From Octopus bimaculoides (Eukaryota), in the NCBI RefSeq assembly GCF_001194135.2, contig NC_068981.1, forward strand, positions 134,262,649 through 134,326,648: DNA of 64,000 bases. Reading direction: 5' to 3'. Below the pieces are notes generated by a model. It had not been told where the DNA came from. It saw nothing but the letters and a program-made list of their open reading frames with translations, and searched no databases. Shown one piece after another: positions 1 to 12,534 of this stretch (its first letter is position 1; each line of letters begins with the position of its first letter). A program made the position numbers and the translations under genes.

Positions 1-66
<66 letters not shown>
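1..66. repeat. (AT)n microsatellite
   Basis: Pure AT dinucleotide run at the window start. Confidence 0.98.
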
Positions 67-69
<3 letters not shown>

Positions 70-74
70 AACAC

Positions 75-957
75 AAGAGGTCTAATCAATAAGTATGCAG
101 ACTGTTGCCATAGTAACAAAGCTAAAGCACGTAGAGTGAAGCCACTTGGCAAAGATTGACCTTGATCTCTGCTGTGCATGCACAGTAAGTTTTAATGCTT
201 GAACTTACCTCTGCTGTTTACCTCATTGCTTTGGAAGGAATGTGTGTAACGTGTGATCGTTGCATTGACCATGACGGAGAAAGTCTGCTCAGAGGCCCAC
301 ACAAAGTTGCATAAAGTATATGGAGAAGAGTGTATGAGTTGCACACGGGTGTACAAGTGGCTCAGACATTTCCCAAGACAGCTGAAAAAATGTCGATATA
401 GGTGAATGTTCTCAGAGACCCGCAACCAGCAGAACTGAGAAAAACATCCCAGATGTGCGGGCAGCTTTCAGGGGAAATCATCGAATCACCATCCATGAGT
501 TATCAGAGGATGTGCAGATTAATTACTGTTCAGTTCAGTCCATTATCACTGAAGATTTGGGTATGAGACGCATGTTTTCCAAGTTTGTACCAAAACTGCT
601 TTCAGCTAATCAAAAAGATACTTGGGTTTCAGTTACACAAGATCTCCTTGATTGTGTCGAGAATGATGAAAACTTTTTGAAAACTTCGCATAGGCTTCTG
701 AGCAGGCATTGCCAAGCTTTTGGCAAAATTTGATGCAGATTCTCTGCTCAAATTTCTGTCATGGTCAATGCGACAATCACATACTCCTCACCTTTCTTCC
801 AAATACTGCTGCAAACAGCAGAAGCGAGCTGGAATGTTAAAACTTAGTGCGCATGCACGGCAGAGTTCACAGTCAATCTGTGTCAAGCAGCTTCACTCTG
901 CATGCTTTAACTTTGTTACTATGGCAACAGTCCAGATACTTATTGATTAGACCACAT
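75..957 (+). mobile_element. Internally deleted, non-autonomous mariner element
   Basis: ~80-bp TIRs (ggtctaatcaataagtat...gttgccatagtaacaaag at ~79-160 and its reverse complement at ~880-955). Disrupted transposase N-terminus: ...LHKVYGEECMSCTRVYKWL and ORF 455-733 ITIHELSEDVQINYCSVQSIITEDLGMRRMFSKFVPKLL (mariner HTH and linker). The sequence stops before the DDD catalytic domain. Confidence 0.9.
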
Positions 958-966
958 TTATATATA

Positions 967-1093
967 CAGGGTGTCCACAAAGTCTGGGTACATGTGGATT
1001 AACACATACTTTCAGAAATTATTATTTCTTATATTTAATTGTTTATGTTATGGTTTTATTTACTCCATGTACCCAGACCTTGTGGACACCCTG
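967..1093. mobile_element. 127-bp Tc1/mariner-type MITE
   Basis: TIRs cagggtgtccacaaagtctgggtacatg / catgtacccagaccttgtggacaccctg, flanked by TA on both sides. Confidence 0.9.
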
Positions 1094-1113
1094 TATATAT
1101 GTATATGTATATA

Positions 1114-1713
1114 NNNNNNNNNNNNNNNNNNNNNNNNNNNNNNNNNNNNNNNNNNNNNNNNNNNNNNNNNNNNNNNNNNNNNNNNNNNNNNNNNNNNNNN
1201 NNNNNNNNNNNNNNNNNNNNNNNNNNNNNNNNNNNNNNNNNNNNNNNNNNNNNNNNNNNNNNNNNNNNNNNNNNNNNNNNNNNNNNNNNNNNNNNNNNNN
1301 NNNNNNNNNNNNNNNNNNNNNNNNNNNNNNNNNNNNNNNNNNNNNNNNNNNNNNNNNNNNNNNNNNNNNNNNNNNNNNNNNNNNNNNNNNNNNNNNNNNN
1401 NNNNNNNNNNNNNNNNNNNNNNNNNNNNNNNNNNNNNNNNNNNNNNNNNNNNNNNNNNNNNNNNNNNNNNNNNNNNNNNNNNNNNNNNNNNNNNNNNNNN
1501 NNNNNNNNNNNNNNNNNNNNNNNNNNNNNNNNNNNNNNNNNNNNNNNNNNNNNNNNNNNNNNNNNNNNNNNNNNNNNNNNNNNNNNNNNNNNNNNNNNNN
1601 NNNNNNNNNNNNNNNNNNNNNNNNNNNNNNNNNNNNNNNNNNNNNNNNNNNNNNNNNNNNNNNNNNNNNNNNNNNNNNNNNNNNNNNNNNNNNNNNNNNN
1701 NNNNNNNNNNNNN
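1114..1713. other. Assembly gap
   Basis: 600 N. Confidence 1.
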
Positions 1714-1880
1714 GTCTGGTTCTATAGTATAAATTTCTTTGTTTTAAAGTGATCTAAAATAAAACCTTTCCTCAAAATTCAATGTTAATTCATGTTCTTA
1801 CTAAATTATCTTACTAAATTCTTCACTATTTTAAAAATTAATTGAAATGTATTTCTACTTAAATATGGCAGCGAAAAAGG
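1714..1880 (-). mobile_element. TTAA/piggyBac-type MITE family 1, partial
   Basis: Reverse complement matches the bodies of the copies at 7614, 9711 and 62159. Truncated by the gap. Confidence 0.65.
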
Positions 1881-1944
1881 TTTAGATGTTGGTGATGTTG
1901 AATTTATTACTAAGATCTTATTTTATTCTTTTCTATGCCCTTTT

Positions 1945-2035
1945 AAAGCCTAGCCAGGCTCATGGGCCCGGTTTCCCAGTTTCTATGGTGTATGTGTTCC
2001 CTCCCAGCTGGACGGGATGCCAGTCCATCGCAGGA
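1945..2035 (-). mobile_element. SINE fragment with Meta-domain-like segment
   Basis: ggacgggatgccagtccatcgcagg resembles the antisense strand of metazoan MetaSINE/V-SINE central domains (recalled similarity, not searched). Confidence 0.45.
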
Positions 2036-3074
2036 TCTTATTTTATATCCATCTAAAAAAAAGCAAGTGGCTTGGTCAGTGAAGGCTCAAACAGAGTAGT
2101 GACCATGATTTTTTGCATGATCTCTAAAAGTAGTGAGGTGAATGAGAAGAAAACCCTGATCCACAGGTTACTTTCAGACTGTGGCCAGATCCAGCTGCTG
2201 AGGACAGAGTGGATTCTACTAAAGGCAAGGCAGCAATATCAAACTAGGTCACAGATTAGGTTTGCCTGTTTGAGTGTTGGACACATGAGTATTAGGGTTG
2301 TAGGTTTGATTCTCAGATCAAGCAATATATTGTCTTTGAGCAAGCTATTTCATTTCACACTACTTTAGTCCACACTACTATCAGTGAGTACGACAGCTGG
2401 AGCTAACTCTTTAATGAACTGGTGTCCTTTCAGAGCAAGAGGATTCACTTCAATATCACAGGAACTAGGATAAGCCATACCCTAACAAGCCTTTAAAACT
2501 GACTTCAACTACCTTTCATTTCTACTTTATGCTGTACACAGGCTCTTGTTTTTGGTCTTATCCATATTTCATCAAGTATTATGACAGAGAATTAAATTTT
2601 TGATCAGATGCTTTTTATTTTTTATTTTTTATTATTTTTATTTTTTTACACATGTTCTTGGCGAAATATTGATCTCTCTAATCTGTTAAAGACTACTGCA
2701 GTATTGGCCACATCATTGCAGCGTTGCTGCAACACTAGCATCATTAATTTTTCTAACCAGTATTGAGGCATTAAGGGCTACAACGAACATCTCACAAATA
2801 TTCATTCTCTTGGCTATCACAAGTTTGGTTCATTTTTCTCCAACCTGTTGCAGTTACCTTCTTCTCAAGACTAACCTTTTCTCTAGAGAACTCCTGTCAT
2901 AACAACAACGCTATTGCTCTCAGTATATCAAGTCAGCAAGAAATCAGTTGCTTCATCTACTAGAAATAGCAGCCAAATTAAGCCTTACTATCTTGAAATG
3001 GTAAGAACCTATTTGATTAATGTAGCCCTAGATGTGGTGTCCATGAAAAAAAAAAAAGTAATATATTTTGTTTT

Positions 3075-3310
3075 TTGTTTTACTTGTCTCAGTCATTGGA
3101 CTGTGGCCATGCTGGAGCTCTGCCTCGAAGGGTTTTAGTCAAACAAATTGATCTTGGTTTTTATGTTTTTTTTTAAAGTATTTATTCTATTGCCACTTTT
3201 GCCAAACTGTTAATTACAGGGATGTAAACAAACCAATATTGGTTGTCAGGTGCGCAAGGAGAACAGGACAACTACAAACACAAAGACACACAGACATAGA
3301 TATGAGTGTG
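3075..3310 (-). mobile_element. SINE family A, 3' half
   Basis: Reverse complement of the family A tail (gtgctccagcatggccacagtc..aatgactgaaacaagtaaaa). Confidence 0.8.
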
Positions 3311-3323
3311 TGTGTGTATATAA

Positions 3324-3383
<60 letters not shown>

Positions 3384-3384
3384 T

Positions 3385-3595
3385 TTTATTCTTTTACTTG
3401 TTTCAGTCATTTGACTGCAGCCATGCTGGAGCACCACCTTTAGTCGAGCAAATCGACCTCAGGACTTATTCTTCATAAGCCTAGTACTTATTCTATCGTT
3501 CTCTTTTTGCCGAACCACTAAGTTACAGGGACATAAACACACCAGCATCAGTTGTCAAGCAGTGGTGGAGGGACAAACACACACGCAGACATATG

Positions 3596-3605
<10 letters not shown>
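3385..3605 (-). mobile_element. SINE family A, 3' half
   Basis: High similarity to the reverse complement of 40140-40328; runs into (TA)n and the gap. Confidence 0.9.
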
Positions 3606-3651
<46 letters not shown>

Positions 3652-3967
3652 NNNNNNNNNNNNNNNNNNNNNNNNNNNNNNNNNNNNNNNNNNNNNNNNN
3701 NNNNNNNNNNNNNNNNNNNNNNNNNNNNNNNNNNNNNNNNNNNNNNNNNNNNNNNNNNNNNNNNNNNNNNNNNNNNNNNNNNNNNNNNNNNNNNNNNNNN
3801 NNNNNNNNNNNNNNNNNNNNNNNNNNNNNNNNNNNNNNNNNNNNNNNNNNNNNNNNNNNNNNNNNNNNNNNNNNNNNNNNNNNNNNNNNNNNNNNNNNNN
3901 NNNNNNNNNNNNNNNNNNNNNNNNNNNNNNNNNNNNNNNNNNNNNNNNNNNNNNNNNNNNNNNNNNN
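3652..3967. other. Assembly gap
   Basis: 316 N between (TA)n tracts. Confidence 1.
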
Positions 3968-4028
3968 AAAAAATCCAACAACGGAAGAAAACACTAAAAA
4001 TGTAAATAAAAATATATATATATATTCT

Positions 4029-4071
<43 letters not shown>

Positions 4072-4876
4072 TACATAAATTTACCCCATCAGGACTAACC
4101 TGGGACTATACAATAACTCTCAGTACATATTTTATCATTCATTTGTTTTACAATAAAACATATTGGATAACTGTAGCCTTGTTCCTGCATATCTTAATCA
4201 GTTTTTGAAACCCAATGGCTTTCTTATCTCAGATCTATTCAGCCTTTCCCATAAGTTAAACTGTACATCAAACTTATTGTTTCTCTTCAGCTGTTGTAGA
4301 TTGACTGCATTTACTGCTTATATTTCACAACTGCATCTCAGGCAACATTTGACTTTTCACTGTGTATTTATTGGTTTGAACAAAATGAAAACTAATGATT
4401 TGCAGTATCTATAATATCCTTTAATCCCTTAAGCTCTGATCACGAGATATCATGTAACAGCTAAAATGTTGTCTTGCCCTGGATAATGAGATAATTCAGG
4501 CAAGAAAAATGCTTATTGACTGCCAATCCTAAGATTTCTCCTGATTGTATGTTTCCTTATCCAAATTTATTTATGGAAATTTCTTTTAATGACTAACGTG
4601 AAAATGTTTTACAATTGTTGTTAGTCATTTTTATTGTTCAATTTTAGTCATAAAGCTAATTTAAATGTTATTTTTTTTTCCTGAAAATGACACATATGCT
4701 ACATGACTGAGAATTAGTTCTGAAGATGATTTTTGAAAATTTTCTCTGTCATTGGTTACTGATAATACAATAATACTTTGCAAAAATGTTTCAATTTTAC
4801 TTGAGCTGAGACAAACATTAGTACTCCTGAGTTCCAGTAGTTGTGAAAATGAAATTAAATAAGGTATTATATAAGT

Positions 4877-5295
4877 GGGCACAGGCATGGCTGTGCATGG
4901 TTATGTGGTTAAGAAGCTCACTTTGCGCCATGTGGTTTTGAGTTCAATCTGACTATGGAGCACTTTGGGCGAATACCTTCTATTATAGCCCGAGGCTTAC
5001 CAATGCTTTGTGAGTGAATTTGGTTGACTGAAACTGTGTGGAAGCCCAATTGTCTGTGCATGTGTATGTATGTGCTTGTGTTTGTGCGTGTGTGTGTGTG
5101 TGTGTTTGTGTTTGTTCCATCAGTGTTGGTTTGTTCAGGTCCCTGCAATTTTGTGGTTTGGCCAAAGAGACTGACACAATAAACACCAGACTTAAAAAAT
5201 AAGTACTTGAGTTGATTTGTTCAAATAAAACCATCCAGGGTAGTGCTCCAACATGGCCACAGTCCAGTGAATGAAACAAGCAAGATATAAAAGAT
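4877..5295 (+). mobile_element. SINE family A, diverged near-full-length copy
   Basis: tRNA-like head with A box (tggttaagaag) and B box (gagttcaatc), internal (TG)n, tail ...gaatgaaacaagcaagatataaaaga. Confidence 0.85.
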
Positions 5296-6189
5296 AAATA
5301 ACTGAAACCATTTCAGGACTTCCACAAAAAGAAATAGAAAGAAAACAAGAAATATATTTTATAGATATACTTTCCACTGTAGTATTCTCAGTGGTGAAAC
5401 TGCAACTGTTGACCACCGAGTAACATGGAAAAGAAAATATGTAAAAATTGTTCAGAACAGGCTGTTATGAGCTGCTGGAGGTAGCATTTACCACCTAAAC
5501 TTATATGTAAATTGCTTTTGATTACATCACATGGCTGATTTTCCAGATATTTATGGAAGTAAATTATTATTATTATTTTTTTTTTTTTGCCATTAACATT
5601 TTGATTTCATTTTTGTTGTATGTATTAATATTTTTATTCTGCATTTTTCTTTTTGCTTTATTTTACTATTTATTTCTTGTTCACATTCATTTTACTAAAA
5701 TTTTCATATCATATTAAAAAATTACGCAACATAATTCTCAAGTGAATAAAATCATTTTTACAGCTCTTAAACAATCAGTTATTCTGGATTTCTTTTTTTT
5801 TTACTTACTGAAAACTTTATAGAAATGTTAGAACTGAAGCATTGGGAAGAGTTTATCCATAAGAGATGTTTATTAATGAATGTTTTAAAAATATTGTTTG
5901 GGCACAGAGGAGAATATACAGCTTATTCAGTCACTCTAGGCTTATAGTGTTGCTAGGGGAAATGAAACATAAGGCTTAAAAAGTTATATTCATTTTCTAA
6001 TAAAAATCCATTCGTGGAAAGACAATTCTTCTGTATCATGTTTCTGCAGAAGTTTCTGTAAAAGTTCATTGCAGCCTACTTTGTAACAAACTGATGTAAG
6101 TAAGCTTGGTGAAAAACTCTGGAATATAATCATCATCATTGGTTTAAGCTTGCTCAGATTTGCATGACCTTATTCTACACACTTCTGTT

Positions 6190-6890
6190 ATCTTCCATGG
6201 TATGTGATAGTTATTTTCTATGATATCCGGTGTCATCTTTTAACCGATTGATATATGTCTTTGTTAGAAAGATTAATGCAATTACAACCATTTTGAGGTG
6301 CCTAAAGTAGAGTCCAGAACAGCTAACTCTTATTATTTCTCTTATGGTGTCTAATACTCTAGGAAGCTTATTGTATAGTCTTTCATTATTGGAGTGTTCT
6401 TCCCAGAATGCATACAAAATGGTTTCCATGTAGGTGCCATTGTGCATACTTTCAAACATTTTAGTTAGGGTCCAGGTGGAAAGGTCATAACATAACACAG
6501 ATTCAACCATTGTGGGGAAAGGGGCTTCTTTTCAGATTCATTCAGATTTTCATATGGTGCTGAAACTTTCAGTTGCTATCCAAGCTTTGCTGATATCAAA
6601 CTTAATATCTGACTGTTGATTACTATATTGCTTCTGAGATACATAAAAGAATATATCTGTTTTATTATAAATTCCATGTTGTACCTGAGGAATTTTGTTA
6701 CCCTAGCATTAACATTGAGACTGATGCTTCCTGCAGCACCTTCCAAACTGTGAAGTAGAGTTGTGGCTCTTGTAGTGATTTCTGACATTAAGTCTTAAGC
6801 CATCGGCACAATCTACATCTGCTACAGTAGATGCTGCATATTGAAACTTGTTGATCTCTTTCATGTGATCTCCTGAAGTGCTGAGGATAC
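6190..6890 (-). pseudogene. Decayed RTE-clade LINE reverse transcriptase and C-terminal region
   Basis: Minus-strand peptides: DVDCADG (degenerate YADD), EITTRATTLLHSLEGAAGSISLNVNARVTKF (RT domains 6-7) and VESVLCYDLSTWTLTKMFESMHNGTY...WEEHSNNERLYNKLPRVLDTIRE (cf. RTE ESILLYGSETWTLTK..LDGTY..W..H..N..LY). Confidence 0.8.
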
Positions 6891-6996
6891 AATGAAGATA
6901 GAGTATATGAATAAGAATAATAAAAGGAAAAATTTAGCAACTAATATTTTCTTATGTATAAAATCAAAGAGTAAATGTTTAGCTTTTTATTGTCAG

Positions 6997-7029
<33 letters not shown>

Positions 7030-7032
<3 letters not shown>

Positions 7033-7200
7033 TCATCATCATCATCATTTAATATCCTCTTTCCATTCTGACATGAGTTGGACAGTTTGACATGGAGCTG
7101 ACTAGCAAAGCTGTCAAGACTCAAATTGTCTCTTGTGGCATGGTTTCTATAGCTGGATGCCCTTCCAATACCAACTACTTGAGAGAGTGTACTGGGTGCA
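7030..7200 (-). mobile_element. Family D (ATG)n-tailed retroposon 3' end
   Basis: (CAT)n followed by ttccat..gacatgagttggacagtttgac...gctggatgcccttcc. Confidence 0.8.
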
Positions 7201-7613
7201 TTTTATTAAATGCTTTTTATTATTTTTCAAACCTGCACAATGCTAGTTATGAAAATTAATAATATAAGTCAATAGTTAGTACTTTTACATGGTATTTCAA
7301 TATTTCGGGGTTCTGTAGTCTACAGAACAGAGAAGCAAGCTAACAACACCTTTCCTTCATAGATTTCCTGAAGAAGGGGTCCTAAGCTTACATTCTTTTG
7401 GCATTAAGAAAAAAATAATTAATACTACTATACTGTTGTCATGTTTGAATCAAACTGAATCTCACATAAATATAAATTTTTACAAGGCTAGGGTTGATTG
7501 TGACTGAAACTTTGGCTTACTAGCTGACATGGGGACATTGGCTAGTTTCAAATTCTCTAGTAATTTATTATAATGTTGTGTGACTTATTATTCTGGATAA
7601 TGCCAAACATTAA

Positions 7614-7802
7614 CACTCTTGTTACCATAGTTCTGTTGAAATATACTGACTTTGTTTCAATTAATTATTTTTTAAATAATGAAGCTGGTGTTTGGAACAT
7701 AACATGAAATTTTGATGGAAGGTTTTGATTTAAATCACTTTAAAACAGAAATTTGAACAATAAGAACCAGATGTAAAACCAGGTCTGTTGGTATCAAAAG
7801 GG
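7614..7802 (+). mobile_element. TTAA/piggyBac-type MITE family 1
   Basis: TTAA(7610-7613)-cactcttgttacca ... tggtatcaaaaggg-TTTA; body shared with the copies at 9711 and 62159. Confidence 0.75.
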
Positions 7803-8439
7803 TTTAGACATACTAGAACCTATTGAAGCTGTTTTGATTAAAAGCTTTTAGAAGTTACCAATTAAAAAAAGAAATTGCATTTGAAATTGGCAGTTTAAGA
7901 ATGTTTAGTTTTTGGTTCCAAAAATCTTTTATACAGTAACTAGACAAAACTCAACAGAAAATCACAACCCAAGTATTAATACATGAAAATTTCAGGAATA
8001 TCTAACCTAAAAAAAGAAATAAGAGTACAAGGATCTGAGTGAACATGGCTATTACAAAGTGTACTAAAATGCTTGGAAAACATTTAGTTGACCCAATCAA
8101 ACAGTATTCATAAAAGTTGTACTCAAACTTCATGTTTTTCCTTCTTCTTGTGAAGTATTGTCATTTAATGTCAGAAGACTCTCATAACAACATGAAAGGC
8201 TACAGAAGCCTTTTATTTGCTAAGTAGCAAGTTTTGAAAGATAGGTGAACAGGTAACATCTATAAGTGTTTATGTACGTGTATATCAGTGTAAACGTCAT
8301 ATACTTATATACATATCAGATGGCTTTGAAGGTTACAATAGTTACAATTATTTCCAATGTGAAAAAGAAAAGTATTTGAAAATATAGTTGTTGTAATTTT
8401 ACTGTGAAACTGTGATGTAAACTAATGCTTTAATGTTCA

Positions 8440-9420
8440 AGATAGGAAGTATTGCTTCTTCTCCAAGTTTCCACAATTGTTCTGTCAATTACGAATATTT
8501 TATGACAGTACACTTCTCTTCAAAGATTTATGCTATCAAAAACTTGGCAATGGTCCGTGTCCTTTTATGGAATTATCTGACAAAAAGCTGTTGCTCTTAA
8601 TGACTCCATGTGCTATCTGTTTTAAATCAGGCATAGAAACCTTCATATGGTATATCTTGTTTGTTTTAAACCAAGCTGGTGCTGTCAGTTGATTGTTTTA
8701 GAAACCACCAATAAATCATCAACCAAATTTTTATATAATTTTGTTTTGAATTTTATCTGTTTTATACCAACTTCTCTTGACATAAATAGGTCTACCACCA
8801 AGCCTTCTGAGACAGTTAAGCAGCTAACCAAAACCATCGTTCTAACCATGCCCTTCACCTCTATCACGCAAGTAAAGTCCATGACTGAAAATCTGTAAAT
8901 AGTTTGCTTGTAATAGTAGTGATGAAAAATACCACTTAAGACCCTTAGAGTAAGTTATCCACCATCATTAACTGGAAAGGTTTCACTTACAACTGCAACA
9001 GCAGATGCTGTTATTGAACACACAACCTGTAAAGATTCTCACATTTCAATTTGCAGCCAATTTTCTTGTCCCTTGCCAACATTGTGGGAGTTCAATTCAC
9101 TATTAAATTTCTAAATTAAGGCAGTTCCTTTAGCAGCATTTCTACCTGTTTTTATTCCAATTCTATACTGCACATACTCAATGAAACTCCTTCAAAACTC
9201 TCTTTATGATGTCCAACAGTCTCACTTCTACATAAACAGTTGTTAATTGTGAAAACTCCTCTGGTATCTCCAAGGTAGCTGACTTTGACAATGTTCTTTC
9301 CGTTACTCTCAACGCATTCTAGAGCTGTCTCTTATCTTCAATACATTTTCAATCTTTCTTTCCCTGTAGGAATCTATCCTGGTATTTGGAAATAAGTTTC
9401 AGTATGTTTTACATATCTTA
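8440..9420 (-). pseudogene. Highly decayed Penelope-like element reverse transcriptase
   Basis: ORF 8685-8882 reads GLVVDLFMSREVGIKQIKFKTKLYKNLVDDLLVV, matching the PLE pattern SP.IADLFM.H.E....FKP....RYVDDI.VV. It is followed by NRLHGVIK...DNSI (cf. NS.HP.IKFT...DN.I). Boundaries approximate. Confidence 0.55.
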
Positions 9421-9710
9421 AAAGATCAACTTCTTTGACTCTACCAATTTTTTTTTGTATATTTTCAAAACATATCTAATTTTGTTTTACAGAAGTAATA
9501 TAGTTTACTAGTAAGCTAGTTGTAGAATTAAGATTCTATTGTCTTTGTTCTATTACTCATCCACCAAAATATGGGAGTGGAGTTAGGTAGACTGACCAGT
9601 TAATCTTTCGTTTTAGTCATCACAGTGTGAAGAAAGGATGTTTTTATACTTGTAAACTGAAGTATTCTTAACTGTTGAATAATATCTTCTCTATTGACTA
9701 TGCCTCTTAA

Positions 9711-9882
9711 CCCATTTTGTTACCATATTTATATATTGAAATAACTTTGCCATTATTAAGCTGGTGTTTGGAATATGAATTAACATGAAATTTTGGTGGG
9801 AGGTTTTAATTTAGACCATTTTATAACAAAATTTTTATTGTAGAAATCAAGGGCACTTTTGGGCAAGTTGGTATTAAAAGGG
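9711..9882 (+). mobile_element. TTAA/piggyBac-type MITE family 1
   Basis: Perfect TTAA on both sides (9707-9710, 9883-9886); TIR cccattttgttacca / tggtattaaaaggg. Confidence 0.85.
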
Positions 9883-9929
9883 TTAAAGAGAAAGGAATAT
9901 GTTTTTAGAGAGTGTATATGCAGCATATA

Positions 9930-10270
9930 GGCACATGACCCAGTGGTTAGAGTATTGGGCTTACAATCATGAGGTAGTGAGTTTGATTCCCAGACCGGGC
10001 TATGTGTTGTGTTCTTGAGCAAGACACTTTATTTCATGTTGCTCCTGTTTACTCAGCTGTAGATATGAGTTGCAACGTCGCTGGGGCCAAGCTGCATCCG
10101 TCTTTGCCTTTCCCTTGGGTAACATTGGTGGTGTGGAGAGGGGAGGTTGGTATGCATGGGCAACTACTGGTCTTCCATAAACAACTTTGTCTGGACTTGT
10201 GCCTCAGAAGGAAACTTTCTAGGTGCAACCTCACGGTCATTCATGACTGAAGAGAATCTTTACCCTTTTT
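9930..10270 (+). mobile_element. SINE family B (tRNA head plus CORE/Meta-like domain), full length
   Basis: A box cagtggttagag, B box gagtttgattcc, then cttgagcaagacactttatttcatgttgctcc..ttactcagctg. Other copies at ~17561-17790, ~31990-32220, ~34355-34560, ~43672-43925 and ~44830-45150. Confidence 0.85.
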
Positions 10271-10379
10271 ACACTTTACTGTTGGCTTGCACTTAGTTTA
10301 CTTTTCTATTTATGATATCCCCATCCTCCAGACCCCAACTTTTGTTAGAGTCTACACTACATTTCTTCTGTTCATTCTT

Positions 10380-10640
10380 TGCATATATTAGCCATCTGTT
10401 CTTTATATTTCTGATCAATCCTTAATGACCAATCCTCTTAGTTCTTTATGTTCTTAGCCACTCCATACTCCTCTCATTTTTCTCCAAGCGCCTGTACCAT
10501 AGTCTTTCCATTCTTCCTCTTTGACACTTAGTTTGTAGGTGCATCCGCATGGTGTGTATGACCTTTTGTCCATCCCTTGCCTCTGTCCTACTTTCTCACC
10601 TATTTCCATCTATCTCACTTGACCAAGCCCTCACTCTCTC
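10380..10640 (-). pseudogene. Possible RTE LINE C-terminal remnant
   Basis: Minus-strand GWTKGHT...SKRKNGKT resembles the RTE RWTK...KR.RGRP motif; many stop codons. Confidence 0.3.
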
Positions 10641-11919
10641 CTTCTCATCTGGGTTTTGTTACCATCATCTGCCTCCTCTTCTCTTTACTCTGTCCCCTTT
10701 TGTTCATCTTGCACACTACTCATGCTAGCTCCCATTAGCTTTTCCTCTCTCCTCAATATCACTACTTTATTTTATTCAGTTTTATATTCGCAAGTTTTTG
10801 ATCAAAGCAATCATACCAATTCATTCTCTCAGAAGAAAGATAAGCACCCTAAATGTCTGATTCTTTCACTTCTCAAAGCAATCTTCTTACTAGAGTATTC
10901 TACAATCTCTCTTATGAATTAACTTCTGCTGATACAAACCCCAACCCATGTCCTTGGATTCAGAATTTTACTTTGATTCATAAAAATCTGTGCCTCTTTT
11001 ACTTTCTTTTAAACAACTTTAATTAAGCAATATAGTCTACATTTTTAAAACCCAGCTTTCATTTATACTTTTACTCTGCTAAAAATATTTAAAATAATTG
11101 CTTTTACATGTAGACAATCATCATATTTTAATATACAACTTTATAACAATTTCAAGCATTCTTCTCAACAATAAGTGTTATAGTATTTAGAATATAGTAT
11201 ATATGAGTATGACCTGCTATGTAGATCAATAAATACACAAAATGTTAGTTGTTGTGAAGCTTGTATAGATATGTGCGTGTTTATAAAATATATATTCTTC
11301 AATACATTTGTCTTCTATTAAAAGTCATATTTCTTCGTTTTTAATTAATGGTGGTGGTGGTGGCTGTCTGGGGAGGAGAAGAGAGGGCATTGTATATGTA
11401 ATGATGTTCATGTGGTTCTATTAATTCCATCATTTAAAGATAAAGGTAACCTTTAATGACCGATTTATCCCCTGACTGAATTTGGTTCCAGTATAGTAGA
11501 TAATGTTCTCTATTATTTATATATATCAGAACAAACTTTTTCTAAGAGCAAGCTATATTTTTGTAATTGGAGTATATTTCTTCTTGTCTCTCCTTCATAA
11601 TTCTTTGTATCCGTTAAATGTTTGAAGTAAGTGATAAATATTTGCATCTGATTCAGTATGGTAATTTGATTATTCTCCATTACAAAATACTAAGTTTTGT
11701 TTGATTAACATTCTTCTTTAAATATTATTTAATGTTACTCTGACATTTTATCTTCTCTTTATAAAGATAAGGAGAAAAAATATTAAATTCCATTGATTTT
11801 AAGAGATTTCTCTCCTTATGATGAAATTCATTCTGTGAAGTAATTACGTAGTTATTATAATGTATATATACCAAACTGAATATATATCTAGGGGGAAAAT
11901 GAATGGAGAAAATTGTGTG

Positions 11920-11954
11920 TCTGTTTGTATGTGTATGTTGTGTGTGTGTTTGTA

Positions 11955-12025
<71 letters not shown>

Positions 12026-12190
12026 ATATTTGTATGTGTGTGTATATATATATATGTCTGTATACATTTGTGTGTATATATATATATGTGTATGTATATA
12101 TATATATGTATGTATATATGTATGTATGTATATGTATGTATGTATATGTAGGTGTATATGTACATATATGATGTTTGTATGTATGTTCCC
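11920..12190. repeat. Compound (TG)/(TA)/(TATG)n microsatellite
   Basis: About 270 bp of alternating purine-pyrimidine repeats. Confidence 0.95.
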
Positions 12191-12470
12191 TTTTGTTTTT
12201 AATTATTTAAATTCTCGCTTTGTGGAAGACACTGGTTTCTAACAAAGATACAAAGCTCCATCATTGGAATGTAGATAACAAAAAACAAAAGCAATGTCAC
12301 ATTTCAAACTTGAGAAAAGTCTTGCATATATTTACTGTTCCACTTACAGATTGTATTTGCAATGTGCAAGTTAGTTGGTTGATTTTTTTTTCTGAAAATC
12401 CTAGCTTATCCAAATTATCACTGACACATTTACTTGCAAAACCTAGTGCACCAATTATTATTGGTGTGTC
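12190..12470 (-). mobile_element. 3' end of an RLE-type (R4/Dong-like) non-LTR retrotransposon
   Basis: ORF 12297-12491 ends PIIIGALGFASKCVSDNLDKLGFSEKKINQLTCTLQIQSVSGTVNICKTFLKFEM*, the typical IIGALG...Q....GT..I C-terminus after a PD-(D/E)xK endonuclease. The 3'UTR runs into (CATA)n. Confidence 0.75.
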
Positions 12471-12534
12471 TGTGTGTGCGTGTATGTGCATTCATGCAGG
12501 CACACCTGCATGCATACACCCATGCCAATAAATG

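Noticed and set aside
971-4208. Long ORFs in the supplied track (130-253 aa) crossing N-runs
   Set aside because: They are open only because of N and (TA)n translations (X and YI repeats).
9930-10005. tRNA-like A/B-box sequences (also at 39929, 43672 and 55130)
   Set aside because: They lack a full cloverleaf and continue directly into SINE bodies, so they are SINE heads rather than tRNA genes.
11725-12242. ORFs rich in YI/HT/CV (also at ~21.0, 32.6-33.0, 33.8-34.1, 43.9 and 53.0 kb)
   Set aside because: Translations of dinucleotide microsatellites, not proteins.
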